NCBI GenBank assembly: GCA_963734675.1
Contig: CAVTHZ010000008.1
Coordinates: forward strand, 131,513 to 195,512
Length of the DNA stretch: 64,000 nucleotides
Source: an uncultured Acidobacteriaceae bacterium
Lineage (GTDB): Bacteria > Acidobacteriota > Terriglobia > Terriglobales > Acidobacteriaceae
Direction of reading: 5' to 3'
Shown here: positions 17,938 through 26,465 of the stretch, in pieces
Layout: every line of letters starts with the position of its first letter
How positions within the stretch are numbered: position 1 is the stretch's first letter
Made by a program: the position numbers and the translations under genes
Notes under the pieces: model-generated
What the model was told of the DNA's origin: nothing
What the model saw: only the letters and a program-made list of their open reading frames with translations
The model's database searches: none

Positions 17938-18234
17938 ACTCGGCTCTAGACAACGATTTCGGGGGACGAATGCTAGATTGCCGGATGTCAGGGGACCAAC
18001 GACCTCGGCAAAGTGCAAGATACCACAGATTGATACCGTAACAATACCCCATGATTCTTGCACCCTCTTTCCGACCAAGGCATTCTTTCATGCCGACAGG
18101 CTCGTGGAGTGGGGCCCTGTAGGGGGCGCGACTAGCTATATGTGCAGTTTGTTGCGCACTCTCCCTGTTTCTACGCGGTTCGAACTTTGCAAAATCGACC
18201 GGGCTTCGAAGCACACCCTCTCAGGAGAATGAAA

Positions 18235-19170
18235 ATGAGAACGTTACAAATCATGCTATTACTCGGAACGATTTCGGTGGGAGTGGCACAGGCACAGTCG
18301 ATAACTTACTCGACCTTTTTGGTCCCTGAAGCCGCGCCGAACATGCTGAACGTACAGGGCATCAGCCGCTCCGGTGAGGTTGATGGATACTTGACCGACA
18401 CTTCTGGCAATCTGGAGGGATGGATTCGGGACAAGAACGGCGACATCACCCTGCTAGTCGATCCGCTGGATACGGGCACGCCGTCAGCGACCGTGGCTTA
18501 TGGTTTGAGTCCGTCGGGGATTGCAATCGGCTATTTCTTCGACACTTCGGCGAATCTCTACTATGGGTACTTTTACAGTGGAGGCAACTACCAGACTTAC
18601 AGTGTGCCTGATCAGCCATCGGGGACGGACACGACTGTGGGAGGGATCAGCAGCCCGGGAATGTTCTGCGGGTCTTTGCTTCAGCCTCCCTACACCACGT
18701 ACTTGAACTATGTGAGCATTAAGGGTCAAGTAACGGTTTTCCAGGTGGAAGGATCGAATGACGAAGATTGCCTCGGCATCAACAGCGCCGGCACCTCCGT
18801 CGGATCCTACGTCGATGATGCCGGGGTCGATCACGGATGGATACGTGACGTATCGGGGAAGGTCACGACGGTCAATGTGCCGGCTGCATCCACGACTGCG
18901 GGTACGGCTCCGTGCATATCTGGCATTGTCGGCGGCACGACGATAAATGGCATCAACGATCAGGGATTTATTTCAGGCCATTATTGGGACAGGAAGTATA
19001 ACGAGCATGGGTTCATCCGCACTCCGAGCGGGAAATTTATCACACTGAATGTCCCCGGGGCATACCAGACGGGAGGAGGCAGCATTAACGCCAACGGGGA
19101 GATGGTCGGTCATTGGGCCACCGATACTTCCTGCGATGACCAAGGTTTTATCGCTACCATCAATCAGTAG
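18235..19170 (+). CDS. secreted repeat protein (HAF-like 'GIN..G..VG' repeats)
   Basis: Signal peptide MRTLQIMLLLGTISVGVAQAQS. Repeated motifs: GLSPSGIAIGYF, CLGINSAGTSVGSY, INGINDQGFISGHY, SINANGEMVGHW. AGGAG lies 7 nt before the ATG at 18235. Confidence 0.65.
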   Translation: MRTLQIMLLLGTISVGVAQAQSITYSTFLVPEAAPNMLNVQGISRSGEVDGYLTDTSGNLEGWIRDKNGDITLLVDPLDTGTPSATVAYGLSPSGIAIGYFFDTSANLYYGYFYSGGNYQTYSVPDQPSGTDTTVGGISSPGMFCGSLLQPPYTTYLNYVSIKGQVTVFQVEGSNDEDCLGINSAGTSVGSYVDDAGVDHGWIRDVSGKVTTVNVPAASTTAGTAPCISGIVGGTTINGINDQGFISGHYWDRKYNEHGFIRTPSGKFITLNVPGAYQTGGGSINANGEMVGHWATDTSCDDQGFIATINQ

Positions 19171-19221
19171 ATCGCGGCATTAGTTTGGTTCGGCGAAAGG
19201 CTTGGGCTGGCTTGTTCGGGG

Positions 19222-20281
19222 GGGTTAGCTGTGATCTATCAAGACGTTGTACCCACCGGAGCGCGGCTGATAGGTGGAGCGTAACCGAGACTACCATGCG
19301 GGCGGTGGAGGTTGTAGTGCTCCAGCCAGGGTAAGAGTTGCTGATCGCGTTCTTCTGAGTTGCGGTAGTGGCGAACGTAAGCCCACTCGCGCAAGGCGGT
19401 TTGGATGAAGCGTTCGGCCTTGCCGTTGGTGCGCGGAGTGTAGGGACGTGTGAAGCGGTGCTGGATGCCGAGTTCAAGGCAAGCAGCGCGAAAGTGGCGG
19501 GAGCGATAGCAGGAACCGTTGTCGGTGAGCAGGCGGCGAATGGGGATGCCGAGCTGGGCATAGAAGGCGACGGCGGCCTGCAGAAAGGCGATGGCGGTTT
19601 GGTTTTGCTGGTTGGGCAGCATGCGGGAGAAGGCGAGGCGGGAGTGATCGTCGATGGCGACGTGCAGCGCCTGCCAGCCGGCGAACTGAGGGCGGCCGCG
19701 ACGGCGGCCGTCGCCGCGAATAGAGACCTGCTGATAACGAGTCATGCCCTTGATATCGAGGTGGAGCAGATCGCCGGGAGCGGGATGTTCGTAACGCACG
19801 ACGGGCGGAGCGGGATGGAGATGACGCCAGCGGTTGAGATGAGCGCGCCGAAGAATGCGGCTGACGGTGGCGGCGCTGAGGTGAGTGGATTGGGCGATCT
19901 GATAGGCGGGCTGCAACTGGCGGCGCAGTGCGATGACCTGCGCCGTCAACTCCGAGGAGGTTTGGCGCGGGCAACGGAGAGGCCGCGAAGAACGATCGCG
20001 CAATCCAGGCAAGCCCAAGGTGCGGTAGCGGCGAAACCACTTCGCAGCGGTTTTTCGGCTGACCTGGAAGGCGGCTGCAGCCGCCTTCAATGTCAGCCTC
20101 TCCATCATGATCTTATGGGCTAAAGCCTCTCGACAGCGAAAACTAAGTCGGGCATTCTGGTGAAGGTCCATCCGATCGACTCCTGGGAAGCGGATTGGTC
20201 AGCACCATCAGCTTCTCCGGTCTTGCTCGAATGGACTATTCACTTCTTGGGAACAACGTGTTGAAAGACCACAGTTAGCCC
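19222..20281 (-). mobile_element. IS481-family insertion sequence, apparently intact (~1.06 kb)
   Basis: Imperfect terminal inverted repeats, about 26/32 matches: GGTTAGCTGTGATCTATCAAGACGTTGTACCC (19223-19254) versus the reverse complement of 20249-20280 (GGCTAACTGTGGTCTTTCAACACGTTGTTCCC). They enclose a single DDE transposase ORF. Confidence 0.85.
19239..20171 (-). CDS. IS481-family DDE transposase
   Basis: 310 aa with an N-terminal HTH (LTLKAAAAAFQVSRKTAAKWFRRY). Integrase core: HLDIK...VAIDDHSR...LLTDNGSCY...TRPYTPRTNGKAERF. Confidence 0.9.
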   Translation of the reverse strand: MDLHQNARLSFRCREALAHKIMMERLTLKAAAAAFQVSRKTAAKWFRRYRTLGLPGLRDRSSRPLRCPRQTSSELTAQVIALRRQLQPAYQIAQSTHLSAATVSRILRRAHLNRWRHLHPAPPVVRYEHPAPGDLLHLDIKGMTRYQQVSIRGDGRRRGRPQFAGWQALHVAIDDHSRLAFSRMLPNQQNQTAIAFLQAAVAFYAQLGIPIRRLLTDNGSCYRSRHFRAACLELGIQHRFTRPYTPRTNGKAERFIQTALREWAYVRHYRNSEERDQQLLPWLEHYNLHRPHGSLGYAPPISRAPVGTTS

Positions 20282-20314
20282 GAGTCTCTTTCTGATTCCT
20301 TTATCCCCGCTTTC

Positions 20315-21535
20315 TCAGTAGGGGCCGATGATTCCGGCGATGGCGCGGGAAGCGGGCGAGGGCGGCCGCTCCACGTTACTCGTATCAAGCACGTCCAAAT
20401 ATTTCAGGCCGGAGCCGGTGTTGAACAGGACTACGGTATCGTCCGGCGCAAAGAAGCCGCTGGCCAACAGCTTTTGATACGCGACCAGAGTGGCTGCGCC
20501 TTCCGGGGCCGCGAAGATGCCCTCGATCTGTGCCCAGTGGCGCGTGGCAGTGAGGATTTCCGCGTCGGTGGCAGAGATGGCGAGGCCACCGCTTTTCTTC
20601 AGAATATCGAGTATCAGATAATCGCCGTAGGGCTTTGGCACGCGCAGCCCGGCCGCGATGGTCGAGGCGTTGGGCCACATCTCGGATTGGCTGCGGCCTT
20701 CATCCCATGCTTTAACGATGGGCGCGCATCCCGCAGACTGCACGCTGATCATGGTTGGCCGTTCGGAACCGATGAGGCCAAGCCGTTCCAGTTCCTCAAA
20801 AGCCTTCCACATGCCGAGCAGACCAACGCCGCCGCCGGTGGGATAGATGATACTGTCAGGAAGTTTCCAGCCTAATTGCTCTGCGACCTCATAGCCCATG
20901 GTCTTTTTGCCTTCGACGCGGTAGGGCTCCTTGGTCGTCGAGACATCGAACCAGCCGTCTTTTTTCCAAGAATCGGAATCCTTGAGAGCTGCGACTTTCT
21001 TCGCGCAGTCGGAGATCAGACCATCGACCAGCGTGACGTGCGCGCCGTAGTAATCGCACTCCACGCGATTCGCCAACGGGACGTCTTTGGGCATAAAGAT
21101 GTGGGCCTCAAGTTGAGCTGCAGCGGCGTAAGCGGCCAAGGCGCTGGCGGCGTTTCCCGCGGAAGGGAGAGCAAGCTTCCTGAGTCCGAAGTGGCGGGCC
21201 ATGGTGACCGCGGCAGAGAGTCCGCGAGCCTTGAAAGAGCCGGTAGGGTTGAGGCCTTCGTCCTTGATGAGGACGTTCGGGTATTCGCGGCTGCGCAACA
21301 TTGGGGTGAAACCTTCGCCAAGCGTCACGGGCGCGGCTTCCGGAAGAACGGCATCGTAGCGCCACATGGTGGGCGCGAGGGGCAGAAGAGATGCAGGTGT
21401 GAAGGTTTTCTTGATAGCTGCAAGATCGTAGCGGGCGTAGAGAACACCGCCATCTTTAGGGCAAACGGTTTGGGGGCGGTCGGCGGGATAATGCTCGCCG
21501 CAGCGGGTACATTCGAGGTAAGTTGGGCGGGGCAC
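20315..21535 (-). CDS. thrC: threonine synthase
   Basis: N-terminal Zn-ribbon-like CTRCG...CPKDGG, PLP-lysine motif PTGSFKARG, and a glycine-rich loop PTGGGVGLLG. Confidence 0.85.
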   Translation of the reverse strand: MPRPTYLECTRCGEHYPADRPQTVCPKDGGVLYARYDLAAIKKTFTPASLLPLAPTMWRYDAVLPEAAPVTLGEGFTPMLRSREYPNVLIKDEGLNPTGSFKARGLSAAVTMARHFGLRKLALPSAGNAASALAAYAAAAQLEAHIFMPKDVPLANRVECDYYGAHVTLVDGLISDCAKKVAALKDSDSWKKDGWFDVSTTKEPYRVEGKKTMGYEVAEQLGWKLPDSIIYPTGGGVGLLGMWKAFEELERLGLIGSERPTMISVQSAGCAPIVKAWDEGRSQSEMWPNASTIAAGLRVPKPYGDYLILDILKKSGGLAISATDAEILTATRHWAQIEGIFAAPEGAATLVAYQKLLASGFFAPDDTVVLFNTGSGLKYLDVLDTSNVERPPSPASRAIAGIIGPY

Positions 21536-21773
21536 GAAGAGAGTTTAGCAGCGCGAGGTAGTCGTACGCGTAAATTTACTGGTGCGGTAACCGCGCCATG
21601 ATTGCTTCGGCGAGGACTCGGAAGGTATCTCGCAAGTTGCAGCATGTGTCAAGGGATTCGGGCGCAAAAACAACCGGGGTGGAGAGCATCCATCGCTCCG
21701 CTTTGAAGCTCGAACCGATTCCGATGACAAAGGCGCCGCCTGCTTCGCAAGAGGATGGAGTACGCTCACCGCT

Positions 21774-22793
21774 CTACCGAACCGGCGCCTGGATGATGCT
21801 GCGCCAACCGTCCTTCATACCTACAAATGTAAACTTTGCGCCATCGTAGCAGGCGACCGCTTCGCCGAGGTCCTGCGTGACTTTGTAATCTGTAATCGCC
21901 TGCCCCGAATCATTATCTACGAGCCGGATGCGCGTGCCGCTCACGTCGGGCGACTCGGGGAAATCAAACTCGACGGCCACGCGTCCGCTGTGCTCAAGCA
22001 ACGCAACCGGAATTGCTCCTTTTCCGGGTGGCTGAATCGTCAAGGTGCGCTCGAGACTTCCTCCGGGAGAGATTACGTAGACCACCGCCGGGCTTTCAGC
22101 TCGCATCATGTAAAGATTTCCGTCATCGCCAACGACGGTTCTGCCGAAATGCACGGCCCGATTCTGCGAGCCGCTCAGATCTTGGCTCTGCAACGGCTCG
22201 TTTAGACGACCTGAGTCTTTCTTGAACCGAATCTCTTTCAGTCGCCGGCCGCTGTGGTCGTAAAGAGCGTTAAAGGGTTGCCCGGCCTGACGACCAGCCT
22301 TGTCGCCAACGAGCGTACCAGAGATAAATAACACGTCCCGCGGCAGAGCCTCGAGTTGTGCAGGAATAAACGGCTCAGGGGCCTGCAGTTCATCTCTCTC
22401 CTCGAGTCGCCCATCCTCGGAAAAATGTAAAAGAAGAATGCGGTGACCCGATGCCCTCAGCAATTCATACATTTCTCCGTGTTCGCTTTCGGAGTTTGCC
22501 AGGAGACTGTCGTCCTTTAAGTCCGCTACACCGGAATAGCTGTAAACCGATTTCTGCGATCCGTCGGGCGCAATTTTCACAACATCAAATCGGCCTGGCC
22601 CGCGCGCGGAAACTCGGAAGTAGACGTTCCCCTGGTCGTCGCACTTCACGGGGAACACGATTTGGACAGGTTCCGTAAGAGGGTGGTAGTCCGAGTCGGC
22701 CAACTGCAGGACCGTCTGACCATACAAAGCGCAGCCGAGCACCAAGGTCCACGATGCCCAAGCAACCACGCGGAACTTTGGCCGGGCAATCAT
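21774..22793 (-). CDS. secreted hypothetical protein
   Basis: 339 aa with N-terminal signal/anchor MIARPKFRVVAWASWTLVLGCALYGQ. No recognised domain. The start lies 7 nt after the stop of the upstream Cys-rich ORF. Confidence 0.55.
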   Translation of the reverse strand: MIARPKFRVVAWASWTLVLGCALYGQTVLQLADSDYHPLTEPVQIVFPVKCDDQGNVYFRVSARGPGRFDVVKIAPDGSQKSVYSYSGVADLKDDSLLANSESEHGEMYELLRASGHRILLLHFSEDGRLEERDELQAPEPFIPAQLEALPRDVLFISGTLVGDKAGRQAGQPFNALYDHSGRRLKEIRFKKDSGRLNEPLQSQDLSGSQNRAVHFGRTVVGDDGNLYMMRAESPAVVYVISPGGSLERTLTIQPPGKGAIPVALLEHSGRVAVEFDFPESPDVSGTRIRLVDNDSGQAITDYKVTQDLGEAVACYDGAKFTFVGMKDGWRSIIQAPVR

Positions 22794-22799
22794 CGCGAG

Positions 22800-23168
22800 C
22801 TACTTCCGGGACGGTGGCTGACCCATTAGGATCGAGGACGGCAATGAATCCGACTTGAGGTCGCTCCAGAATCTGCGGGCATCTCTGGTTCCAGTAAGTC
22901 CGGTTGTGCAAGCGAACTGCACAGACGCAACGTAGCATGTGAAGTGCCCTGACGAACCGCAGTACGTCCCCGGCAGACTCACGGCGCAATCAGGGCAGCC
23001 GTACTGACAATCACTCGTATCGCAGTACTGCGTTGTAATCGGCTTATTCGTGCAATCGCAAGTGGTCTGAAATTCCGTGGGTATGCCAGGGCACGTTACC
23101 GCCTAGGCTAGGGCCGCCTGCAGGAAAGCGCCAATGGCGAGGAGAGGTACTCGTTTGCGGAAGGTCAT
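22800..23168 (-). pseudogene. Cys-rich small secreted protein interrupted by an in-frame TAG after the signal peptide
   Basis: GGAGGAG RBS, ATG at 23168, MTFRKRVPLLAIGAFLQAALA, TAG (23105-23103). The same frame then continues AVTCPGIPTEFQTTCDCTNKPITTQYCDTSDCQYGCPDCAVSLPGTYCGSSGHFTCYVASVQFACTTG... (10 Cys) to the stop at 22800. Confidence 0.5.
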
Positions 23169-23246
23169 ATAACTCCTCCTACATAACTCACCACGCGAAT
23201 TTACCCCCCGCCTATTCAAGTCAAGTAGAACTTACTAAGTAGATTC

Positions 23247-24749
23247 CTACTTCACCTTACGCTTAGCTGAGTGCTTCGAAGGCGGTTTTATGCCTTTTTC
23301 TGGGCTCTCTTTCTCGATTGGATCAGACAGATGGTGCAGCGGCTTGTCGTTCTTGGACGAGAGTTGCGGACCTTCTTCTTTCACGATGAGGCCTTCTGCC
23401 GTGTACATGGCCTCGCTGAAGGTGCTGCCGGATTTTGCTGCGGCTACCGCGAAGACTCCGTGGGGCACGCCATTGCTGAAGGCCGTGGCGATGTAGTCGC
23501 CGACCATCAGTCCGTTCTGCGAGTTGGGCAGCCAGGTGAGCTTCATGGGTCCGGCGAGCTTAACGGGAGCATTCCAGGTTGACCCGCCGTTATGCGAGGA
23601 AATATAGCCGACGTAGAGCTGGCAGGTCGACTGGCTGCAGTTACTCTTGGGATAGAAGTAGTAATGAACCGCCACGTGCGCGGTGGCGCCGGACGTAGTT
23701 GGGTCGATTCCAATGCCGGGGATGAAGTGGTCGATGGTGCTGGTAATCGGATCGATGGGAATGCGAGCGACCTTCGACCAGTGAATACCGTCGGCGGAGC
23801 TGCTGAAAACCAGATCGTTGGTCGAGCACTTGGATCGGAAGCGGCAATCCTCCCACACAATGTAGACGTTGCCTGCGCCGTCGGCCGCCGCCGAAGGGAG
23901 CGGGCCGCTGCGGATGCCGCCTGCATCAGTATGGCTTTGAATATTCGAGACGGTAACCGGCGCGGACCAGGTTGCGCCGCCGTTAGTGGAATTGAAGGCT
24001 GAGATTCCGTTGGTTTCAATCGGAACTACGACGGTGCCACTCGGCTGCACCAGCGGCAGCCCGCCGATACCGAAGGATTTATTCGCGGTCGGCGTGGCCG
24101 GACCCCAGGTGAGTCCGCCGTCACTCGAGGTGCTCATCAGGATGCCGTCACCCGTATCGGGATTGTCCCACTCGACGTAGCAGTTGCCGTAGAACGGGCT
24201 GGTCGAATAACTATCGCACGCGATCCAGTTCTTGTCGGAGCTGATTACTTTTGGACCGACGCTGACGGGGTTATCCCAAGTGAATCCGCCGTCGGTGGAG
24301 CGGCTAACGACGACGGCCGGTGTTTCAGAGGTGTTCGAGATCGGCAGGCTGGCGACCATCCAGACGCCGTGCTTCGCGTCGTAGGCGACAGCTGGGTCGC
24401 TGGCGGCGTCATAAAGGCCGCCGCCATTGCCTGTAGTCAGACCCGGGAGAAAACCATGAGACCAGGAATTACCTCCATCCGTGGACGTGGCCCAGCCGAT
24501 GGCGGTTGCGCCGCCGGGGGCGATGCGGCCGACTTGGAATGCGGAGACTTGAGTGGTGCCGTTGGAAAGAATGTGCGGTTCAACTTCGGTGGCGTGCTGG
24601 CCGGGGCCAACGGTGAAGGGATCAGAGCTGATTTGGGTGAGGCTTACGCTGGGAGCTTCTTGTCCGTAAACCATAATGGCAGAAAAAGTGAAGAACGCGA
24701 GACATACGAAAGAGACAAGCGTGCGGCGTGCAGATGGAATTCGATTCAT
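23247..24749 (-). CDS. secreted BNR/Asp-box repeat protein (sialidase-like beta-propeller)
   Basis: Signal peptide plus six Asp-box motifs: STDGGNSW, STDGGFTW, SSDGGLTW, STNGGATW, SADGIHW, SHNGGSTW. Confidence 0.8.
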   Translation of the reverse strand: MNRIPSARRTLVSFVCLAFFTFSAIMVYGQEAPSVSLTQISSDPFTVGPGQHATEVEPHILSNGTTQVSAFQVGRIAPGGATAIGWATSTDGGNSWSHGFLPGLTTGNGGGLYDAASDPAVAYDAKHGVWMVASLPISNTSETPAVVVSRSTDGGFTWDNPVSVGPKVISSDKNWIACDSYSTSPFYGNCYVEWDNPDTGDGILMSTSSDGGLTWGPATPTANKSFGIGGLPLVQPSGTVVVPIETNGISAFNSTNGGATWSAPVTVSNIQSHTDAGGIRSGPLPSAAADGAGNVYIVWEDCRFRSKCSTNDLVFSSSADGIHWSKVARIPIDPITSTIDHFIPGIGIDPTTSGATAHVAVHYYFYPKSNCSQSTCQLYVGYISSHNGGSTWNAPVKLAGPMKLTWLPNSQNGLMVGDYIATAFSNGVPHGVFAVAAAKSGSTFSEAMYTAEGLIVKEEGPQLSSKNDKPLHHLSDPIEKESPEKGIKPPSKHSAKRKVK

Positions 24750-24949
24750 TTAAATACGTCCCCGGGTGCGAAGAGTGATGGTTCTATTCCCTTTGCAATT
24801 GGCAGGGTTTTGCAAAGGCAACGATCACGGATAGTAATCGCGCGCTGAAGATATCGCGGAAGCTTGAGGAGTGTCAATGTGAAGGAAGTTGCAACTTATT
24901 ACAGCACGGGGATGGATCGCTCCAAACCCGTGCCGGTTGCGCTTGTTAA

Positions 24950-26359
24950 TCAGCCAGTGACGCGGAATGACACGTTGCTTTTGAGCGTGGCATGGGGAGT
25001 CGTGACTTCAATCTTGCCCGTTGTTGCTCCGCTTGGAACCGTAGCAGTAATTTCCGTGTTCGAAACTACAGTGAAGGTCGCAGCGGTGCCATTGAAGCTG
25101 ACAGCGGTCGAACCCGTGAGATTGTTGCCGAGAATAATGACCTTGGCTCCGACCTTCCCCGAGGTAGGAAGAGGTGATACGAATGGGCCGAGCTTTAGCG
25201 AGAGGCTATAAACCGTGCCCTCGTTCGAGGGTCCACCTTGTTGAGTCGTGCCATACAGAATGCCATCGGTACCCTGCAACAAAGCCGCAAAGGGGAACGC
25301 GCCGTTGGTTTGGTCAAAATCTTCCAGGACGGTGAAGGTTCCTGCGGTGCTGATTTTGAAGATTGTGCCACAGCCTTCCGTGCAACCCGAACTGACTTCC
25401 CCGTCTGAATTTGCAGTGCCGTAAAGATTGCCGTCCGTTGCTTGTATGAGGGGATCCGCAAGGCCGCCACCGTCGCTGCCACCGTTCAAACTATGGAGCA
25501 GGGTCACGGTTCCGGTTGAAGTCATCTTGAAAATAGAGCCGAAGTCCTCGGTTCCGCCCTCCCATGTAGTTCCATAAAAGCTTCCATTCGCGGCTTGCAC
25601 CAGTCCGGCATAGGGCTCAGTTCCGTCCGAGGGATATCCGCTGAAACTGTGCAGGCTGGTGAAGGTTCCTGTCGGCGTGATTTTGAATACGGTGCCGAGG
25701 CGGTCGGCGCCACCCTGGTAAGTGGTTCCGTAGAAGTTTCCGTCCGTACCCTGGTAGAGCGACCCCATCGGATAAGCGCCATCACTGCTATCGAAGCTAT
25801 GCAGCGTCGTCACCGTGCCGTTAGAAGTCATTTTGAACACGGTGCCGTAGCCGTTCGCCCCGCCGGATTCAGTCGTTCCATAGAAGATTCCATTCGAAGC
25901 CTGAATTAGGGCTGCGACGCATGTTGCCCCGTCAGTGGAATCGAAGGCGTGCAGCGTGGTCAGCACACCTTTGGGCGTGATCTTGAAGACAGTGCCATAA
26001 AAATTATTCGCGCCGCCGTATCCCGTCGTGCCGTAGAAATTGCCGTCGAGGCCCAGAAGAAGTCCAGCGTAGGGATATCGTCCATCGTTCCCATTGGTAA
26101 AGCTGTAAAGAGTGACCAGCTTTCCGGCGGGAGTAATCTTGAAGACCTCCCCGTTTCCCAAGCTGCCTCCAAAGACGGTTGTACCGTAGAAATTGCCATC
26201 GGTTCCTTGCACAACTGCTGGATAAGGCTCGCTGCCATCGGTACCGTCAAAGGTGGCGAGCGTGGTCAGGGTTTGCGCAAATGCGAGCGTCGCCGATGCG
26301 GCAACAATTACGATCAAAAACAAAGTGGTCTTCCAAATGCTCTGCCTGTGAAAACTCAT
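24950..26359 (-). CDS. secreted GloVer-type tandem-repeat protein with C-terminal IPT/TIG domain
   Basis: About 8 repeats of 'L.SF....DG..P...L.Q..DGNFYGTT..GG....GTVFKIT..G'. C-terminal GKVGAKVIILGNNLTGSTAVSFNGTAATFTVVSNTEITATVPSGATTGKIEVTT is IPT-like. Confidence 0.8.
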   Translation of the reverse strand: MSFHRQSIWKTTLFLIVIVAASATLAFAQTLTTLATFDGTDGSEPYPAVVQGTDGNFYGTTVFGGSLGNGEVFKITPAGKLVTLYSFTNGNDGRYPYAGLLLGLDGNFYGTTGYGGANNFYGTVFKITPKGVLTTLHAFDSTDGATCVAALIQASNGIFYGTTESGGANGYGTVFKMTSNGTVTTLHSFDSSDGAYPMGSLYQGTDGNFYGTTYQGGADRLGTVFKITPTGTFTSLHSFSGYPSDGTEPYAGLVQAANGSFYGTTWEGGTEDFGSIFKMTSTGTVTLLHSLNGGSDGGGLADPLIQATDGNLYGTANSDGEVSSGCTEGCGTIFKISTAGTFTVLEDFDQTNGAFPFAALLQGTDGILYGTTQQGGPSNEGTVYSLSLKLGPFVSPLPTSGKVGAKVIILGNNLTGSTAVSFNGTAATFTVVSNTEITATVPSGATTGKIEVTTPHATLKSNVSFRVTG

Positions 26360-26465
26360 CGCTTTACCTCAGTCATAAGATCTATTTCTAAGTCGGTTCT
26401 GCGCCGGCCGGACTCGAAATCCCTGAATTACTCGCCGAGAAGATACCCCGGAAACACGATGATGG

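Noticed and set aside
18171-18186. GGTTCGAA T-loop-like strings (also at 40296-40303) that could indicate tRNA genes
   Set aside because: No acceptor, D or anticodon stems can be built around them. The 40.29-kb instance is part of the pil operon terminator hairpin. I found no tRNA, rRNA or tmRNA in the window.
19368-20123. 251-aa plus-strand ORF inside the IS481 element
   Set aside because: It is antisense to the intact DDE transposase and has no motifs. It is a mirror-frame artefact.
24799-24828. Perfect 8-bp stem CCTTTGCA...TGCAAAGG between the BNR and GloVer genes as a terminator
   Set aside because: There is no adjacent T-run on either strand, and it lies 120 nt from the nearest stop codon. 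It could be a protein-binding palindrome, but nothing supports that.
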